In this document: one piece after another, positions 10,016-19,080 of the stretch
Layout: each line of letters starts with the position of its first letter
How positions within the stretch are numbered: the first letter of the stretch is position 1
Assembly: GCA_043798375.1 (NCBI GenBank)
Contig: JAZDOS010000018.1
Coordinates: 1-62,853, forward strand
DNA length: 62,853 bases
Direction of reading: 5' to 3'
Origin: Candidatus Omnitrophota bacterium
GTDB taxonomy: Bacteria > Omnitrophota > Gorgyraeia > 2-01-FULL-45-10
The notes under the pieces: generated by a model
The model's input: only the letters and a program-made list of their open reading frames with translations
Told to the model about the DNA's origin: nothing
Database searches by the model: none
Translations under genes and position numbers: made by a program

Positions 10016-11063
10016 TTTTTTGAGACGCCATGGCGTAGATCCTGCCTATGTCTTCGATCGTAACGACGCCGACGGCCTTGCCTTCCTTCATTACCGGCAG
10101 CGCCCTCGCCGATTTTTCATGCATGATATTTTGTATCTTGATAAGCGAGTCCGTGTCTTTGGCCATGGGAAAATCTTTCGCCATTATCTCGCCGACGGCC
10201 TTATCCGCGCCAAAACGGTGCATGGCGGCCATTATGTCCTGCCGCGTGACGAATCCAACCATTTTGCCTTCGTCGACCACGGGAAAATCCTCCTGGTGCG
10301 AATGATAAACGAGCTCCAGCACTTTCCCCAGAGTCGTATCGCTTTTGCAGGTGTAAAAATCGCGAGGCAGTATATCGCGAACCTTGAATTTTTTCAAGGT
10401 TTCTTTTACGTCGACCTGCAGTTCCTCGTTCGATGCGGCCATATATATAAAAATAGCGATGACGACCAATATTATGTTGAAACGGATTATACCGAAGTAC
10501 GCGAACGCAAGCGCAAATACGTGGCCGAAGTTCACGGCTATCTTCGTCGCTTTCTGGTATCCCAGCCAGTTGGCAAGTATCGACCTCAAGACCCTGCCGC
10601 CGTCCATCGGGAATGCCGGTATCATATTGAAAGCCGCAAGCATAAGATTCAACCAGTAGATATAAGCCACGGTCAGGGGCCATGTCCGGGCCGATAACGG
10701 ATGAAATAGCACATCTTCGCCCAGCAGGAGCTTTAACGGATAGAAGAAAACTATAACAATAACAATATTCGATAAGGGCCCCGCGAGAGATATCAATAAT
10801 TCCTGGCTTGGTTTCTCGGGCATCTTTGACATAGCGGCAATCCCGCCTATCGGCAAAAGAGTTATCTCCCGCACCTTTATCCCGAACCGTTTTGCCGCGA
10901 GGCTGTGGCAGATCTCATGCATCGTTACAAAAAAGAATACGCCGATGACGAGAAATACCCACTTTATGCCTCCGGGAAGCACCAGCAATAGAAGAAGAAA
11001 GAATGTGCTATGGATATTTATCGATATTCCGAAAACCGTGAATAACTTTATCGAACCCCTCAT
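10008..11063 (-). CDS. Site-2 (M50) metalloprotease with CBS domains
   Basis: HEICH, NMIPAFPMDGGR, C-terminal CBS pair. Start at ATG 11063. Confidence 0.92.
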   Translation of the reverse strand: MRGSIKLFTVFGISINIHSTFFLLLLLVLPGGIKWVFLVIGVFFFVTMHEICHSLAAKRFGIKVREITLLPIGGIAAMSKMPEKPSQELLISLAGPLSNIVIVIVFFYPLKLLLGEDVLFHPLSARTWPLTVAYIYWLNLMLAAFNMIPAFPMDGGRVLRSILANWLGYQKATKIAVNFGHVFALAFAYFGIIRFNIILVVIAIFIYMAASNEELQVDVKETLKKFKVRDILPRDFYTCKSDTTLGKVLELVYHSHQEDFPVVDEGKMVGFVTRQDIMAAMHRFGADKAVGEIMAKDFPMAKDTDSLIKIQNIMHEKSARALPVMKEGKAVGVVTIEDIGRIYAMASQKNP

Positions 11064-11167
11064 CCCGTTAGACCTCCAACCCAAACCGATATAACAATTT
11101 TAAGTATATATGTCTTATATACCATTTTGTACTGTATAACGTCCTGTTTTTATGAGGTCTAACGGGA
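11063..11167. mobile_element. MITE-like element, 14-bp IR TCCCGTTAGACCTC, 4-bp duplication CTCA
   Basis: IRs at 11063-11076 and 11154-11167; CTCA at 11059-11062 and 11168-11171. Confidence 0.7.
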
Positions 11168-11168
11168 C

Positions 11169-12434
11169 TCATCTTATGCGTAGCTCCTCTCTGACCGCCT
11201 TATCGTCTTTAACAGGCCCGATGACGGAAAGATTGAGAGACTCATCTCTGAACATGCGCCCGGATACTCTCATAAGGTCATCCGCTGTCACTTTTTCGAT
11301 ACGCTCCAGAATATTTTTGACACTGAAATCTTTCTCGCCCGATATGACCTTCTCCCCGAGCCACAGCATATGGCTCATCGTATCTTCGAGCGCGAATAGG
11401 AGCTGCCCCTTATAATATTCCTTGGCTCTATGCAATTCCTCTTCCCCGACAGGCTCTCTCTTCATCCTCGCGAGCTCTTTTAAGATAATTTCAAGGGCCT
11501 TCACAAGCTTCTTCTCATCCACGCCGGCTGAGACGACAAACGCGCCGCAATCGTCATACTTTCTTATGCTCGAGGAGATCTCGTAGCACAGCGCCATCTC
11601 ATCCCGCACCTTATGGAAGAGCCTCGACGACATATTCGCGCCCAAAATAATGTTTACCAGGCTCATAACGTGTTTGTCGGGGCTGAACCTGTCAAGGGCG
11701 TGAATGCCCAAGGCAACATGCGTCTGTTCCGTATCTTTCGCGAGAAGCTTGAATTCGGGCGCTTTCTGATTCAGTTTTACTTTGCTGAAAGCGGACGCTG
11801 TCCCTCCCCCGGCGGAGGAAAGATATTTCTTCGACAGCCCGACAAGCGCTTCTTCATCGATGCGGCCGGTGGATACAACAAGCATATTTTTAGGATTGTA
11901 ATACTCATTTTTATATCCGATGATATCCTGCCTGGTGATCGCCTTCACGCTCCCGACGGTCCCGGCGAGCGGCATGCCAAGGGGCTGATCCGGCCACATC
12001 ATCTCGGCAAGTATCTCATGGACATAGTGGGCGGGCATGTCCTTATACATATTTATCTCTTCTATTATCACGCCCTTCTCTTTTACCATCTCCTCTTCGG
12101 CAAGTCTCGGGTTCAGGATCATATCGCTCAATATATCAAGGCCAAGACCAGCGTCTTTCGAAAGGACCTTGACGAGGTAGCAGGTATGTTCTTCCGAGGT
12201 AAAACCGTTGAAGCTTCCGCCGCGGCCCTCTATCTCCTGTTTTATCGCCATCATGTCGCGTTTCGTCGTCCCTTTAAAGAGCAGGTGCTCCAGCATATGG
12301 CTTATGCCGTTATTCGACCGCGTCTCGTATCTTCCGCCGGCGCGTATCCATATTCCGATAGCGACACTCTCCATGTGGGCCATCGGTTCCGTCACTATTT
12401 TTAAACCGTTGTCGAGCTCATCACGCTTGTACAT
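11169..12434 (-). CDS. M16 (pitrilysin) family zinc peptidase
   Basis: Inverted zinc motif HMLEH, NGFTSEE, SSRLF..VR. Confidence 0.93.
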   Translation of the reverse strand: MYKRDELDNGLKIVTEPMAHMESVAIGIWIRAGGRYETRSNNGISHMLEHLLFKGTTKRDMMAIKQEIEGRGGSFNGFTSEEHTCYLVKVLSKDAGLGLDILSDMILNPRLAEEEMVKEKGVIIEEINMYKDMPAHYVHEILAEMMWPDQPLGMPLAGTVGSVKAITRQDIIGYKNEYYNPKNMLVVSTGRIDEEALVGLSKKYLSSAGGGTASAFSKVKLNQKAPEFKLLAKDTEQTHVALGIHALDRFSPDKHVMSLVNIILGANMSSRLFHKVRDEMALCYEISSSIRKYDDCGAFVVSAGVDEKKLVKALEIILKELARMKREPVGEEELHRAKEYYKGQLLFALEDTMSHMLWLGEKVISGEKDFSVKNILERIEKVTADDLMRVSGRMFRDESLNLSVIGPVKDDKAVREELRIR

Positions 12435-12438
12435 CAAA

Positions 12439-12855
12439 TTATCCTTTCTTCCTCGAATCGAGATAACTCTGCAATATGACCTGCGCGGCAAGCTTATCGA
12501 TAACTTTTTTTCTCTTGGCGCGGCTCATATCGGCTTCCAACAGGGCGCGCTCGGCCTGGACCGTCGTGAGCCGTTCGTCCCATGTCTTCACTGGAATAAC
12601 TACGGCTTTTGTGAGGCTGTCCGTAAACTCGACCACCTCTTTGGTCTTCGCGCTGTAACTCCCGTTCATATTAAGAGGGAGGCCGACGACGGCCTCTTCT
12701 ACTCCATTTTCTTTTATGATCCTTTTTATTTCGGCGAGGTCGTCGGCAAGCGACTTTCTTTGGATCGTGGCCTGCCCCTGGGCTGTGAGAAGGAGCTCGT
12801 CGCTCAAGGCTACGCCTATGCGTTTCGTGCCGACATCGAGAGCAAGGATTCTCAT
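12439..12855 (-). CDS. ruvX: YqgF/RuvX pre-16S rRNA nuclease
   Basis: ILALDVGTKRIGVALSD, VVGLP, WDERLTT, D..AA..IL. Confidence 0.95.
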   Translation of the reverse strand: MRILALDVGTKRIGVALSDELLLTAQGQATIQRKSLADDLAEIKRIIKENGVEEAVVGLPLNMNGSYSAKTKEVVEFTDSLTKAVVIPVKTWDERLTTVQAERALLEADMSRAKRKKVIDKLAAQVILQSYLDSRKKG

Positions 12856-12956
12856 CCCGTTAGAAATTTTTCCTATTATTTTTTATTTGATTTAAGTACA
12901 GATTTCCAGTTTTCACATAAATAATAATGCCAAATTCTGTAAAATTTCTAACGGGA
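12855..12956. mobile_element. MITE-like element, 16-bp IR TCCCGTTAGAAATTTT, 4-bp duplication CTCA
   Basis: IRs at 12855-12870 and 12941-12956; CTCA at 12851-12854 and 12957-12960. Confidence 0.7.
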
Positions 12957-12957
12957 C

Positions 12958-13887
12958 TCATAATATTTTTGTTACCTTTCCGTCTTCCAGGACAAAGCGC
13001 CTAGATTCGCGCTTCAAGACCGGTATAAGGCTCTCGAAACTCCCTATGTCATTCCAGCCATATCCGCCCTTTATGCAATACATATTACGCGCATGCTCCA
13101 TAACAGCGTAATCAATAGATATGTCCGGCATATCTTTATAATGTTTGGCGCCCTTGCCTATCAGGGCATATATCCCGGGCGCGAATTTCCTGATAGCCTT
13201 CACTATCGTGCTTGCCCTGAATATAAACGCGCCCGCGTTCCATAAATAAAGCCCTGTCTTAACGTATCGTTTCGCGGTTTCTAAATCCGGCTTCTCGGTA
13301 AATTCCTCAACCTTATATACACCCTGTCCCCTGTCCCCTGAACCCTGTCCCCGGTCCCCTGTACCCAGAACCCTGTACCCGGAACCCTGTACCCTGATAT
13401 ACCCCAGCTGTGTCGAAGGCGATGCTGGTTTGATCCCAAGGGCAATGATGGCATCGCCTTTTTCCCTTATAAAACCTATTCCGCTTTTTATCGCAGCCAG
13501 ATATTTATTCTTGCCGGTTATATACTGATCGGACGGCAATACCGCTATTATGCCGTCGCCAAACCTTTTTTTTATCGCATGCGCGGCAAGCGCTATTGCC
13601 GGCGCCGTATTGCGCGAAACCGGTTCAAGTATCAGGTTTCGTTTGCCGATATTGCGAAAATCTTTTTTGACAAGTTTCGCGTGGGACTTGTTGGCGACTA
13701 CTACCATGTTTCCTTCGCCGATAAGGCCGGCAACCCTCTCCATCGTGTTCCTGAACATCGTCTTTCTATCACGGGTGACAGATATGAAAGCCTTGGGCCT
13801 TGCGCCGGTCGACAGCGGCCTTAACCGCTTGCCTTTGCCGCCTACTAATATGACGGCATAAACGTCATTAGTCGATGGTTTACGCAT
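12958..13887 (-). CDS. manC: Mannose-1-phosphate guanylyltransferase
   Basis: GG.G.RLRPLS...PK, EPVSRNTAPAI, PSDQ, F.EKPD, WNAG.F, SIDYAVME. Confidence 0.88.
   Translation of the reverse strand: MRKPSTNDVYAVILVGGKGKRLRPLSTGARPKAFISVTRDRKTMFRNTMERVAGLIGEGNMVVVANKSHAKLVKKDFRNIGKRNLILEPVSRNTAPAIALAAHAIKKRFGDGIIAVLPSDQYITGKNKYLAAIKSGIGFIREKGDAIIALGIKPASPSTQLGYIRVQGSGYRVLGTGDRGQGSGDRGQGVYKVEEFTEKPDLETAKRYVKTGLYLWNAGAFIFRASTIVKAIRKFAPGIYALIGKGAKHYKDMPDISIDYAVMEHARNMYCIKGGYGWNDIGSFESLIPVLKRESRRFVLEDGKVTKIL
13320..13396 (-). repeat. 11 x 7-bp array (CAGGGTW-like) inside manC
   Basis: cagggta cagggtt ccgggta ... cagggtg, translated as QGSGYRVLGTGDRGQGSGDRGQG. Confidence 0.85.
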
Positions 13888-14671
13888 TATGAATGGCCTT
13901 AGCCAAGATGTTTGCAAATCGTGAAACCCGCGAAATAACATCCTTTTTTTCGCCGATTATCTTTACTATCGCGCTGCCTACTATGACGCCATCGGCGACG
14001 CTCGCGACCTCTTTCGCCTGGCCGGCATTCGATACGCCGAACCCTACCGCTACAGGTTTATCGGTAATAGATTTTATCAGCCTCACCCTGGATTTGAGTC
14101 CGGCCGAAAGCCCCGATCTCGCGCCGGTTACTCCGGTTAACGAGACATAATAGATAAAACCGGTCGAATTTTTGGCGATATTGGCTATTCTTTTCCGCGT
14201 CGACGTCGGGGCAGCCAGAAATATCGTGGAGATCCTGTTTTTCCTCCCCAGCCTTATGACCTCCACCGCCTCTTCCGCGGGAAGGTCCGGGATTATCAAG
14301 CCGTCGACACCGCATCGGCCGCAGGCTTTAAAAAATCCTGAAAGGCCGCAGCGCAAAACCGGATTATAATACGTCATAAACGCGATCGGAATATCGGCCT
14401 TCTTCCTGACAGCCGATACCGTTTTGAATATTTTCATGAGGTTCGTTCCTGATTTCAGCGCGCGCTGGGACGCCGCCTGTATGGTCGGGCCGTCCGCAAG
14501 CGGGTCGGAGAAAGGTATTCCGAGCTCAACAATATCCGCGCCGGCCTTTTCCAGCGCGATGACAAGTTTTTCGGTCACCGAAAGATTCGGGTCGCCTGCC
14601 GTGATATAGACAATGAAGGCCTTCTTCTTTCGTCTCTTCAATTCCTTGAATTTTTTATCGATGCGGTTCAT
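13880..14671 (-). CDS. trpA: Tryptophan synthase alpha chain
   Basis: YITAGDP, ELGIPFSDPLADGPTIQ, GVTG, VGFG. Confidence 0.97.
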   Translation of the reverse strand: MNRIDKKFKELKRRKKKAFIVYITAGDPNLSVTEKLVIALEKAGADIVELGIPFSDPLADGPTIQAASQRALKSGTNLMKIFKTVSAVRKKADIPIAFMTYYNPVLRCGLSGFFKACGRCGVDGLIIPDLPAEEAVEVIRLGRKNRISTIFLAAPTSTRKRIANIAKNSTGFIYYVSLTGVTGARSGLSAGLKSRVRLIKSITDKPVAVGFGVSNAGQAKEVASVADGVIVGSAIVKIIGEKKDVISRVSRFANILAKAIHNA

Positions 14672-15059
14672 CTTTAACCTCTTTTAACAGTATCGGATAA
14701 TTCAAAAACAGCTCTTTATCCAGCAACACTTCGACCCAGTACTTTCCCGGGTTCGGGAAAACAAGATTGTTGAACCTCGAAATAAGCGTATGATGCCTGT
14801 CTATATCGCCGAGCTCGAAGGCCTGTTCGTCGGTTTCAAAAACGCTCTTTTTGTCTATGGGATTCACTATCCGTATCTTCTGCGTAAATGTCCCCTCGCC
14901 CTTGCACCATCTGTTCACGACGAATAGCGACGGATGCGTCGCGGGAAACTTCTTGGCGTTGATCGCTTCAAATAGCCCGATCAGTATGAACTTCCCGTTA
15001 TCCTCCCGCCTCACATCGTCGCACAATACCGAGAACTGCAGATTCGGCTTAATCTTCAT
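14655..15059 (-). CDS. Conserved hypothetical beta-rich protein (DUF6941-like)
   Basis: LCDDVRREDNGK..LIG.F N-terminal motif; coupled to trpA. Confidence 0.75.
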   Translation of the reverse strand: MKIKPNLQFSVLCDDVRREDNGKFILIGLFEAINAKKFPATHPSLFVVNRWCKGEGTFTQKIRIVNPIDKKSVFETDEQAFELGDIDRHHTLISRFNNLVFPNPGKYWVEVLLDKELFLNYPILLKEVKDEPHR

Positions 15060-15084
15060 TCATCACCTCACGTAACCTGGCAAA

Positions 15085-15098
15085 TCTAACCAGGTAGA
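15085..15098. repeat. TCTAACCAGGT(T)AGA palindrome, 1-bp deletion variant
   Basis: Preceded by TAACCTGGCAAA, as at other copies. Confidence 0.65.
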
Positions 15099-15110
15099 TT
15101 GTTTAACCTA

Positions 15111-15139
15111 TTGACAATCGTTAAAAAATATCCCATACT
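15111..15139 (+). promoter_or_regulatory. sigma70-like promoter for candidate ncRNA-1
   Basis: TTGACA-17 bp-CATACT, pointing into a region with no ORF. Confidence 0.6.
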
Positions 15140-15146
15140 TCTAGAT

Positions 15147-15276
15147 AGACAACTCATCCGAGACCCGCTTAGTTAGCCGAAAGGTTATGAGTGGGTCTTG
15201 CGAAATTCTTATCGCCTTGTCACGGCAAGGCAGAACCAAATTTCCCTCTAGATATGTATCGGAGGGACTCTTTTTA
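15147..15276 (+). ncRNA. Candidate ncRNA-1 (~130 nt), DUF3800-associated
   Basis: Own promoter. Stem AGACCCGCTTA/TGAGTGGGTCT capped by TAGCC-GAAA-GGTTA, hairpin GCCTTG/CAAGGC, and terminator TCCCTC...GAGGGA-CTCTTTTTT. Confidence 0.55.
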
Positions 15277-15314
15277 GGCTTTTACTGCTAAAAGACGCTT
15301 ATAAAACTTCAGCT

Positions 15315-15403
15315 TAAAAAAAGACCCACCTAACTAACCTTACGGTAAGCCCCATGGGCTCTTTCATTAGGTGGGTACCTTTAGTTCCAGTATTTTTAAA
15401 TCC
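15315..15403 (-). ncRNA. Candidate ncRNA-2 (~90 nt) directly 3' of the DUF3800 gene
   Basis: Own promoter. Three-way junction: ACCCACCTAA/TTAGGTGGGT, AGCCC/GGGCT, ACC-GTAA-GGT, followed by T7. Confidence 0.65.
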
Positions 15404-15409
15404 ATTTAA

Positions 15410-15438
15410 AATATAGCACATAAATCGCCTATTGTCAA
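15410..15438 (-). promoter_or_regulatory. sigma70-like promoter for candidate ncRNA-2
   Basis: TTGACA-17 bp-TATATT, starting 9 bp after the DUF3800 stop. Confidence 0.6.
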
Positions 15439-15446
15439 ATCAACTC

Positions 15447-16100
15447 TTAATAATAAATAGTGCCATCACCGGCACCGAAATAATCGAATATACTCTTTAC
15501 CTTATCCTTAATTTCAGCGTACGGGCGCCCCTCAACCTTACCCCAATTCCCCACTTTTTTGTAGATAGCCCAACTGCTATAGTCAACTGCCTGAAGACAA
15601 TAGTGAGAATGCGAGCAATGATGATATATATAAAACGGCTTATTGGAAACCAGCTCTTTAATAGCTACTTTCAATCCTTTTTCTAATTCTTCCCTTTTCC
15701 CGACGCTGGGCAGGTTATCTGTAAATATAATAAGCTTATTAAAATCATGCCTTTTTAAAACATACTCTAGCAAAGTCGAAAAAACCTTTTTATATAATCT
15801 GCCAGGATTGTCCACCAAAGCCGGGTTCGTTTTCTGTTTTTCTATAACTACTGAATCGATCTCGTAGCCAGGCTCCTCTCTTAAGCAAGTAAACACTTTA
15901 TCCCTAACGAATTGCTTGTCTTCTGAAGCATGAAATTCTGATATATCATGGCCTTCTTCCAAAAGCGCATGTCTTATCTTTGACAATTTTGCATCAAAGA
16001 TATCAGGATTTTTCACCAAAAGCGAAGTAAAAACCAAATACTGAGTTCCCTTTTTACTAAAAACCCAATTACCTGACTCATCAAGAAATATATATCGCAA
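15447..16100 (-). CDS. DUF3800 family protein (RNase H-like, acidic-residue nuclease fold)
   Basis: N-terminal YIFLDESGN, central IFTD, C-terminal LQAVDY (QxAD-type); AT-rich. Confidence 0.8.
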   Translation of the reverse strand: MRYIFLDESGNWVFSKKGTQYLVFTSLLVKNPDIFDAKLSKIRHALLEEGHDISEFHASEDKQFVRDKVFTCLREEPGYEIDSVVIEKQKTNPALVDNPGRLYKKVFSTLLEYVLKRHDFNKLIIFTDNLPSVGKREELEKGLKVAIKELVSNKPFYIYHHCSHSHYCLQAVDYSSWAIYKKVGNWGKVEGRPYAEIKDKVKSIFDYFGAGDGTIYY

Positions 16101-16146
16101 TTCTTGTTAAACCTATATTTATGGCTATTATTCTTAACCTGACAAT

Positions 16147-16161
16147 TCTAACCAGGTTAGA
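16147..16161. repeat. TCTAACCAGGTTAGA palindrome
   Basis: Exact copy, preceded by TAACCTGACAAT. Confidence 0.8.
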
Positions 16162-16182
16162 TTATTTTTTATTTAAAGGATT

Positions 16183-17004
16183 CTACGCAAATATTAATCC
16201 CTCAGCTTTTTTGTGTAACAGTTTCTGTCGAGTCTCTGCAGCTTGAGTGCCATGTTTTATATGGTAGCGTATTCCTTCTTTATTACAAAACTTAATTACT
16301 AAATCTGAACAGTTGTTATAAAATTCTTTTGTATACCTGAATTCAGACGATTTAACATTATAATTCAACCTACCAAAAATAATTTTGTCTACAAAAGAAA
16401 TGGAATTTAATAATTCTAGCAAATCTTGATTTATCAAATTAGGCGTAGGATATGGCTCCATACTAACCCACGTCTTTAATCCTTTCTCATGGAGATAACG
16501 CAACGATTCTATTCTATTATAAAAACCAGCCGCATTAGGCTCAAATCGTCGCCTGAAATCCTCATTAAGAGAGACTAATGTAATTCCATATTCATTGTCT
16601 ATGCTAAATCTGTTCTTATCGGTAAGCTCCTGCGGAAAAAGTCCTTTTGTCAAAACCGTACATCGGATATCCTCGACATTTAGTCTTTCAATAATATTTA
16701 AACTTAAATCACTCACTTCCTTTTGTTCATACATAAATGGATCTGTTGAGAAACACATATGAACATAGTCTATTTTATTTCTATATTTAGGAATTTCTTT
16801 ATCTAGTAATTCTAACGCATTAGAAACTATTTTGGGCTTACGCCATTCTTCATATGTTTTAATCACCCCGCATCTTTTTTTCATCATATAAGCATAGCAT
16901 GGATATTTGCAACCGTGTGAACAACCCTCCACATGATTTAAACAGAAGTCGGCATATTCGACGCCGCTTTTATAAAGTAATGTTTTTCTCTCGATTGTTT
17001 TCAT
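16183..17004 (-). CDS. Radical SAM protein (SPL/DNA-repair-photolyase-like)
   Basis: GCSHGCKYPCYAY (CX3CX3C variant), FSTDPF, LTKG, G.TL, R.E.L..L...G..TWVS.EP. Confidence 0.8.
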   Translation of the reverse strand: MKTIERKTLLYKSGVEYADFCLNHVEGCSHGCKYPCYAYMMKKRCGVIKTYEEWRKPKIVSNALELLDKEIPKYRNKIDYVHMCFSTDPFMYEQKEVSDLSLNIIERLNVEDIRCTVLTKGLFPQELTDKNRFSIDNEYGITLVSLNEDFRRRFEPNAAGFYNRIESLRYLHEKGLKTWVSMEPYPTPNLINQDLLELLNSISFVDKIIFGRLNYNVKSSEFRYTKEFYNNCSDLVIKFCNKEGIRYHIKHGTQAAETRQKLLHKKAEGLIFA

Positions 17005-17843
17005 TTCTGTATCATGCCCGATTTTGCATATTTGTTAAAAATATGATCTACTATCTTCTTCGCAACTGGTTTTTGAGACGCAAAGAACAGATAATAAACA
17101 ACGGCGTTCTTCGAATTCCGCATTGGTAAAGGCTCGGAAACATAGTTAAATTTCGCAATATTTCTTAACCTAGCTTGAAAGGCCTTTGCAATCGTACCGC
17201 CCTCTTCTTTTTCTATGTATCCAAATAAATTTTTGTTTGTAGTATATGCGATGTTACGCCAGGATTCGTCTCCCCAATACAAGGTCATCCGTTTAATATC
17301 GGCTTCGTCTACGCCCTCAAATTTATTCCAAAAAACATTTCTATTCATATCGGTTATTGGAAAATTTAGAAATATTTCTATAGTTTTCATTTCGCCGACC
17401 TTTTGTATAATTTTCCAATCCAAATGTAACCCATATGGATCCAAAAGACACAGGCCTCGCATGTAATCTTTATATTGAACTTTTGGTAATATTTTACTTG
17501 ATAAAATTGAATTACAATCGCCGCGATAGACACTAACATTCTCCCTATTCCCAATCTTAGTTTTCAAATAATCTGACTTTGCAGGATCAAGATCGATAAA
17601 ATAATAATGATAAAACTTTGGATTGACGGACAAAACTTTAAGCGGACTGCCAAGGATATCCTCGCCACTAGTTTTTGATTTATGCACTCCTGCTCCCGAA
17701 AACGCATCGATATAGACAGATTTTATGTAGTTTTGATGAGATAAAATTTTAGTATACTCTTTTGCGTAAGCCTCAATAATCTCAAGCTTAATTTCTGACC
17801 ACATGCCAATTTTGTCAAACTCTAGCAACGCTTTTTTGCCCAT
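17001..17843 (-). CDS. tcmP: Three-Cys-motif partner protein (TcmP; methyltransferase-like fold)
   Basis: WSEIKL..I..Y, YIDAFSGAG, GSP, GDCN, LLDPYG, EIFLNF, YYLFFAS; overlaps the radical SAM gene (ATGA). Confidence 0.82.
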   Translation of the reverse strand: MGKKALLEFDKIGMWSEIKLEIIEAYAKEYTKILSHQNYIKSVYIDAFSGAGVHKSKTSGEDILGSPLKVLSVNPKFYHYYFIDLDPAKSDYLKTKIGNRENVSVYRGDCNSILSSKILPKVQYKDYMRGLCLLDPYGLHLDWKIIQKVGEMKTIEIFLNFPITDMNRNVFWNKFEGVDEADIKRMTLYWGDESWRNIAYTTNKNLFGYIEKEEGGTIAKAFQARLRNIAKFNYVSEPLPMRNSKNAVVYYLFFASQKPVAKKIVDHIFNKYAKSGMIQK

Positions 17844-17907
17844 TTTATTATCCTTTGAAAACTGTATTTTTAATGCTTTACAGTATATTCGATTGCTGTG
17901 AAAAATT

Positions 17908-19080
17908 TTAAAGAATACCCCTTACTATATCGATATCCTTATCGCCTCTGCCCGAGAGGCAGACGACGATGATTTTCGACTTCGGCAATTTCTTCGCGAG
18001 CCGCGACGCGTAATAGACGGCGTGCGACGATTCAAGCGCCGGGATAATCCCTTCGTATTCGGTCAGCATCTTGAAGCCTTCGAGCGCCTCTTTATCGGTG
18101 ACCGCGGCGTATTTCGCGCGGCCCGATTCTTTCAGGAACGAGTGCTCGGGCCCTACGCCGGGATAATCGAGCCCCGCGGAGATCGAATGCGCGATCTCGA
18201 TCTGACCGTCTGCATCCTGCAGGAGATAACCCTTCGAACCGTGCAGGACGCCAACCGAGCCTTTGCACAGGGTCGCCGCGTGATGAGGAGTATTCATGCC
18301 GAGCCCTGCCGCCTCGACCCCGATCATCTTCACGCTGTCTTTCAGGAACGCGTAGAATAGGCCCATGGCGTTCGACCCGCCGCCGACGCACGCGACCAGG
18401 TAATCCGGCAATCTGCCGAACAACGCCTGCGACTGGCGCCTTGCTTCCTTACCTATGATAGACTGGAAGTCTCTCACCATCATAGGATACGGATGCGGGC
18501 CCGCGACAGAGCCGATGACGTAATATGTCGAGCGGACGTTCGTGACCCAGTCCCTTATCGCTTCGTTCATCGCGTCTTTCAATGTCTTCGAGCCGCTCGA
18601 AACAGGAGTGACTTTAGCGCCCAACAGCTTCATTTTAAAGACATTTATCGCCTGACGCCTTATGTCCTCCTCGCCCATGAAAACTTCGCAGGTCAAGCCG
18701 AATAACGCGGCGACTGTCGCGGTCGCGACGCCGTGCTGCCCCGCGCCCGTCTCGGCGATAATACGCGGCTTTCCCATCTTTATCGCCAAGAGCGCCTGGC
18801 CGAGCGTATTATTTATCTTGTGCGCTCCCGTATGCAGAAGGTCTTCCCGTTTCAGATATATCCTGGCGCCGCCCGTTCTTTTCGTAAGCCTCCCGGCAAA
18901 ATATAGCGGCGTGGGACGGCCCGCGTACTCTTTTAAATAATAATCGAGTTTTTTCCTGAAAGACCTGTCGGACTTCGATTTTGAATACGCCTTTTCAAGC
19001 TCATCGAGAGCCGACATGAGCGTCTCGGGCACGAATTTACCGCCGAAGATACCGTAATAGCCTGATTTATCTGGCAGCAT
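17908..19080 (-). CDS. trpB: Tryptophan synthase beta chain
   Basis: [42 protein letters not shown]. Confidence 0.98.
   Translation of the reverse strand: MLPDKSGYYGIFGGKFVPETLMSALDELEKAYSKSKSDRSFRKKLDYYLKEYAGRPTPLYFAGRLTKRTGGARIYLKREDLLHTGAHKINNTLGQALLAIKMGKPRIIAETGAGQHGVATATVAALFGLTCEVFMGEEDIRRQAINVFKMKLLGAKVTPVSSGSKTLKDAMNEAIRDWVTNVRSTYYVIGSVAGPHPYPMMVRDFQSIIGKEARRQSQALFGRLPDYLVACVGGGSNAMGLFYAFLKDSVKMIGVEAAGLGMNTPHHAATLCKGSVGVLHGSKGYLLQDADGQIEIAHSISAGLDYPGVGPEHSFLKESGRAKYAAVTDKEALEGFKMLTEYEGIIPALESSHAVYYASRLAKKLPKSKIIVVCLSGRGDKDIDIVRGIL

Noticed and set aside
9696-10697. 333-aa plus-strand ORF
   Set aside because: Antisense shadow of rpe and the site-2 protease; no recognisable motifs.
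13320-13396. Repeat arrays as possible CRISPR or DGR elements
   Set aside because: The units are 7 bp with no unique spacers, and there are no cas or reverse-transcriptase genes in the window.
15365-15403. 12-codon ORF MDLKILELKVPT at the 5' end of ncRNA-2
   Set aside because: No RBS, too short to evaluate, and it overlaps the RNA stem; not called as a CDS.
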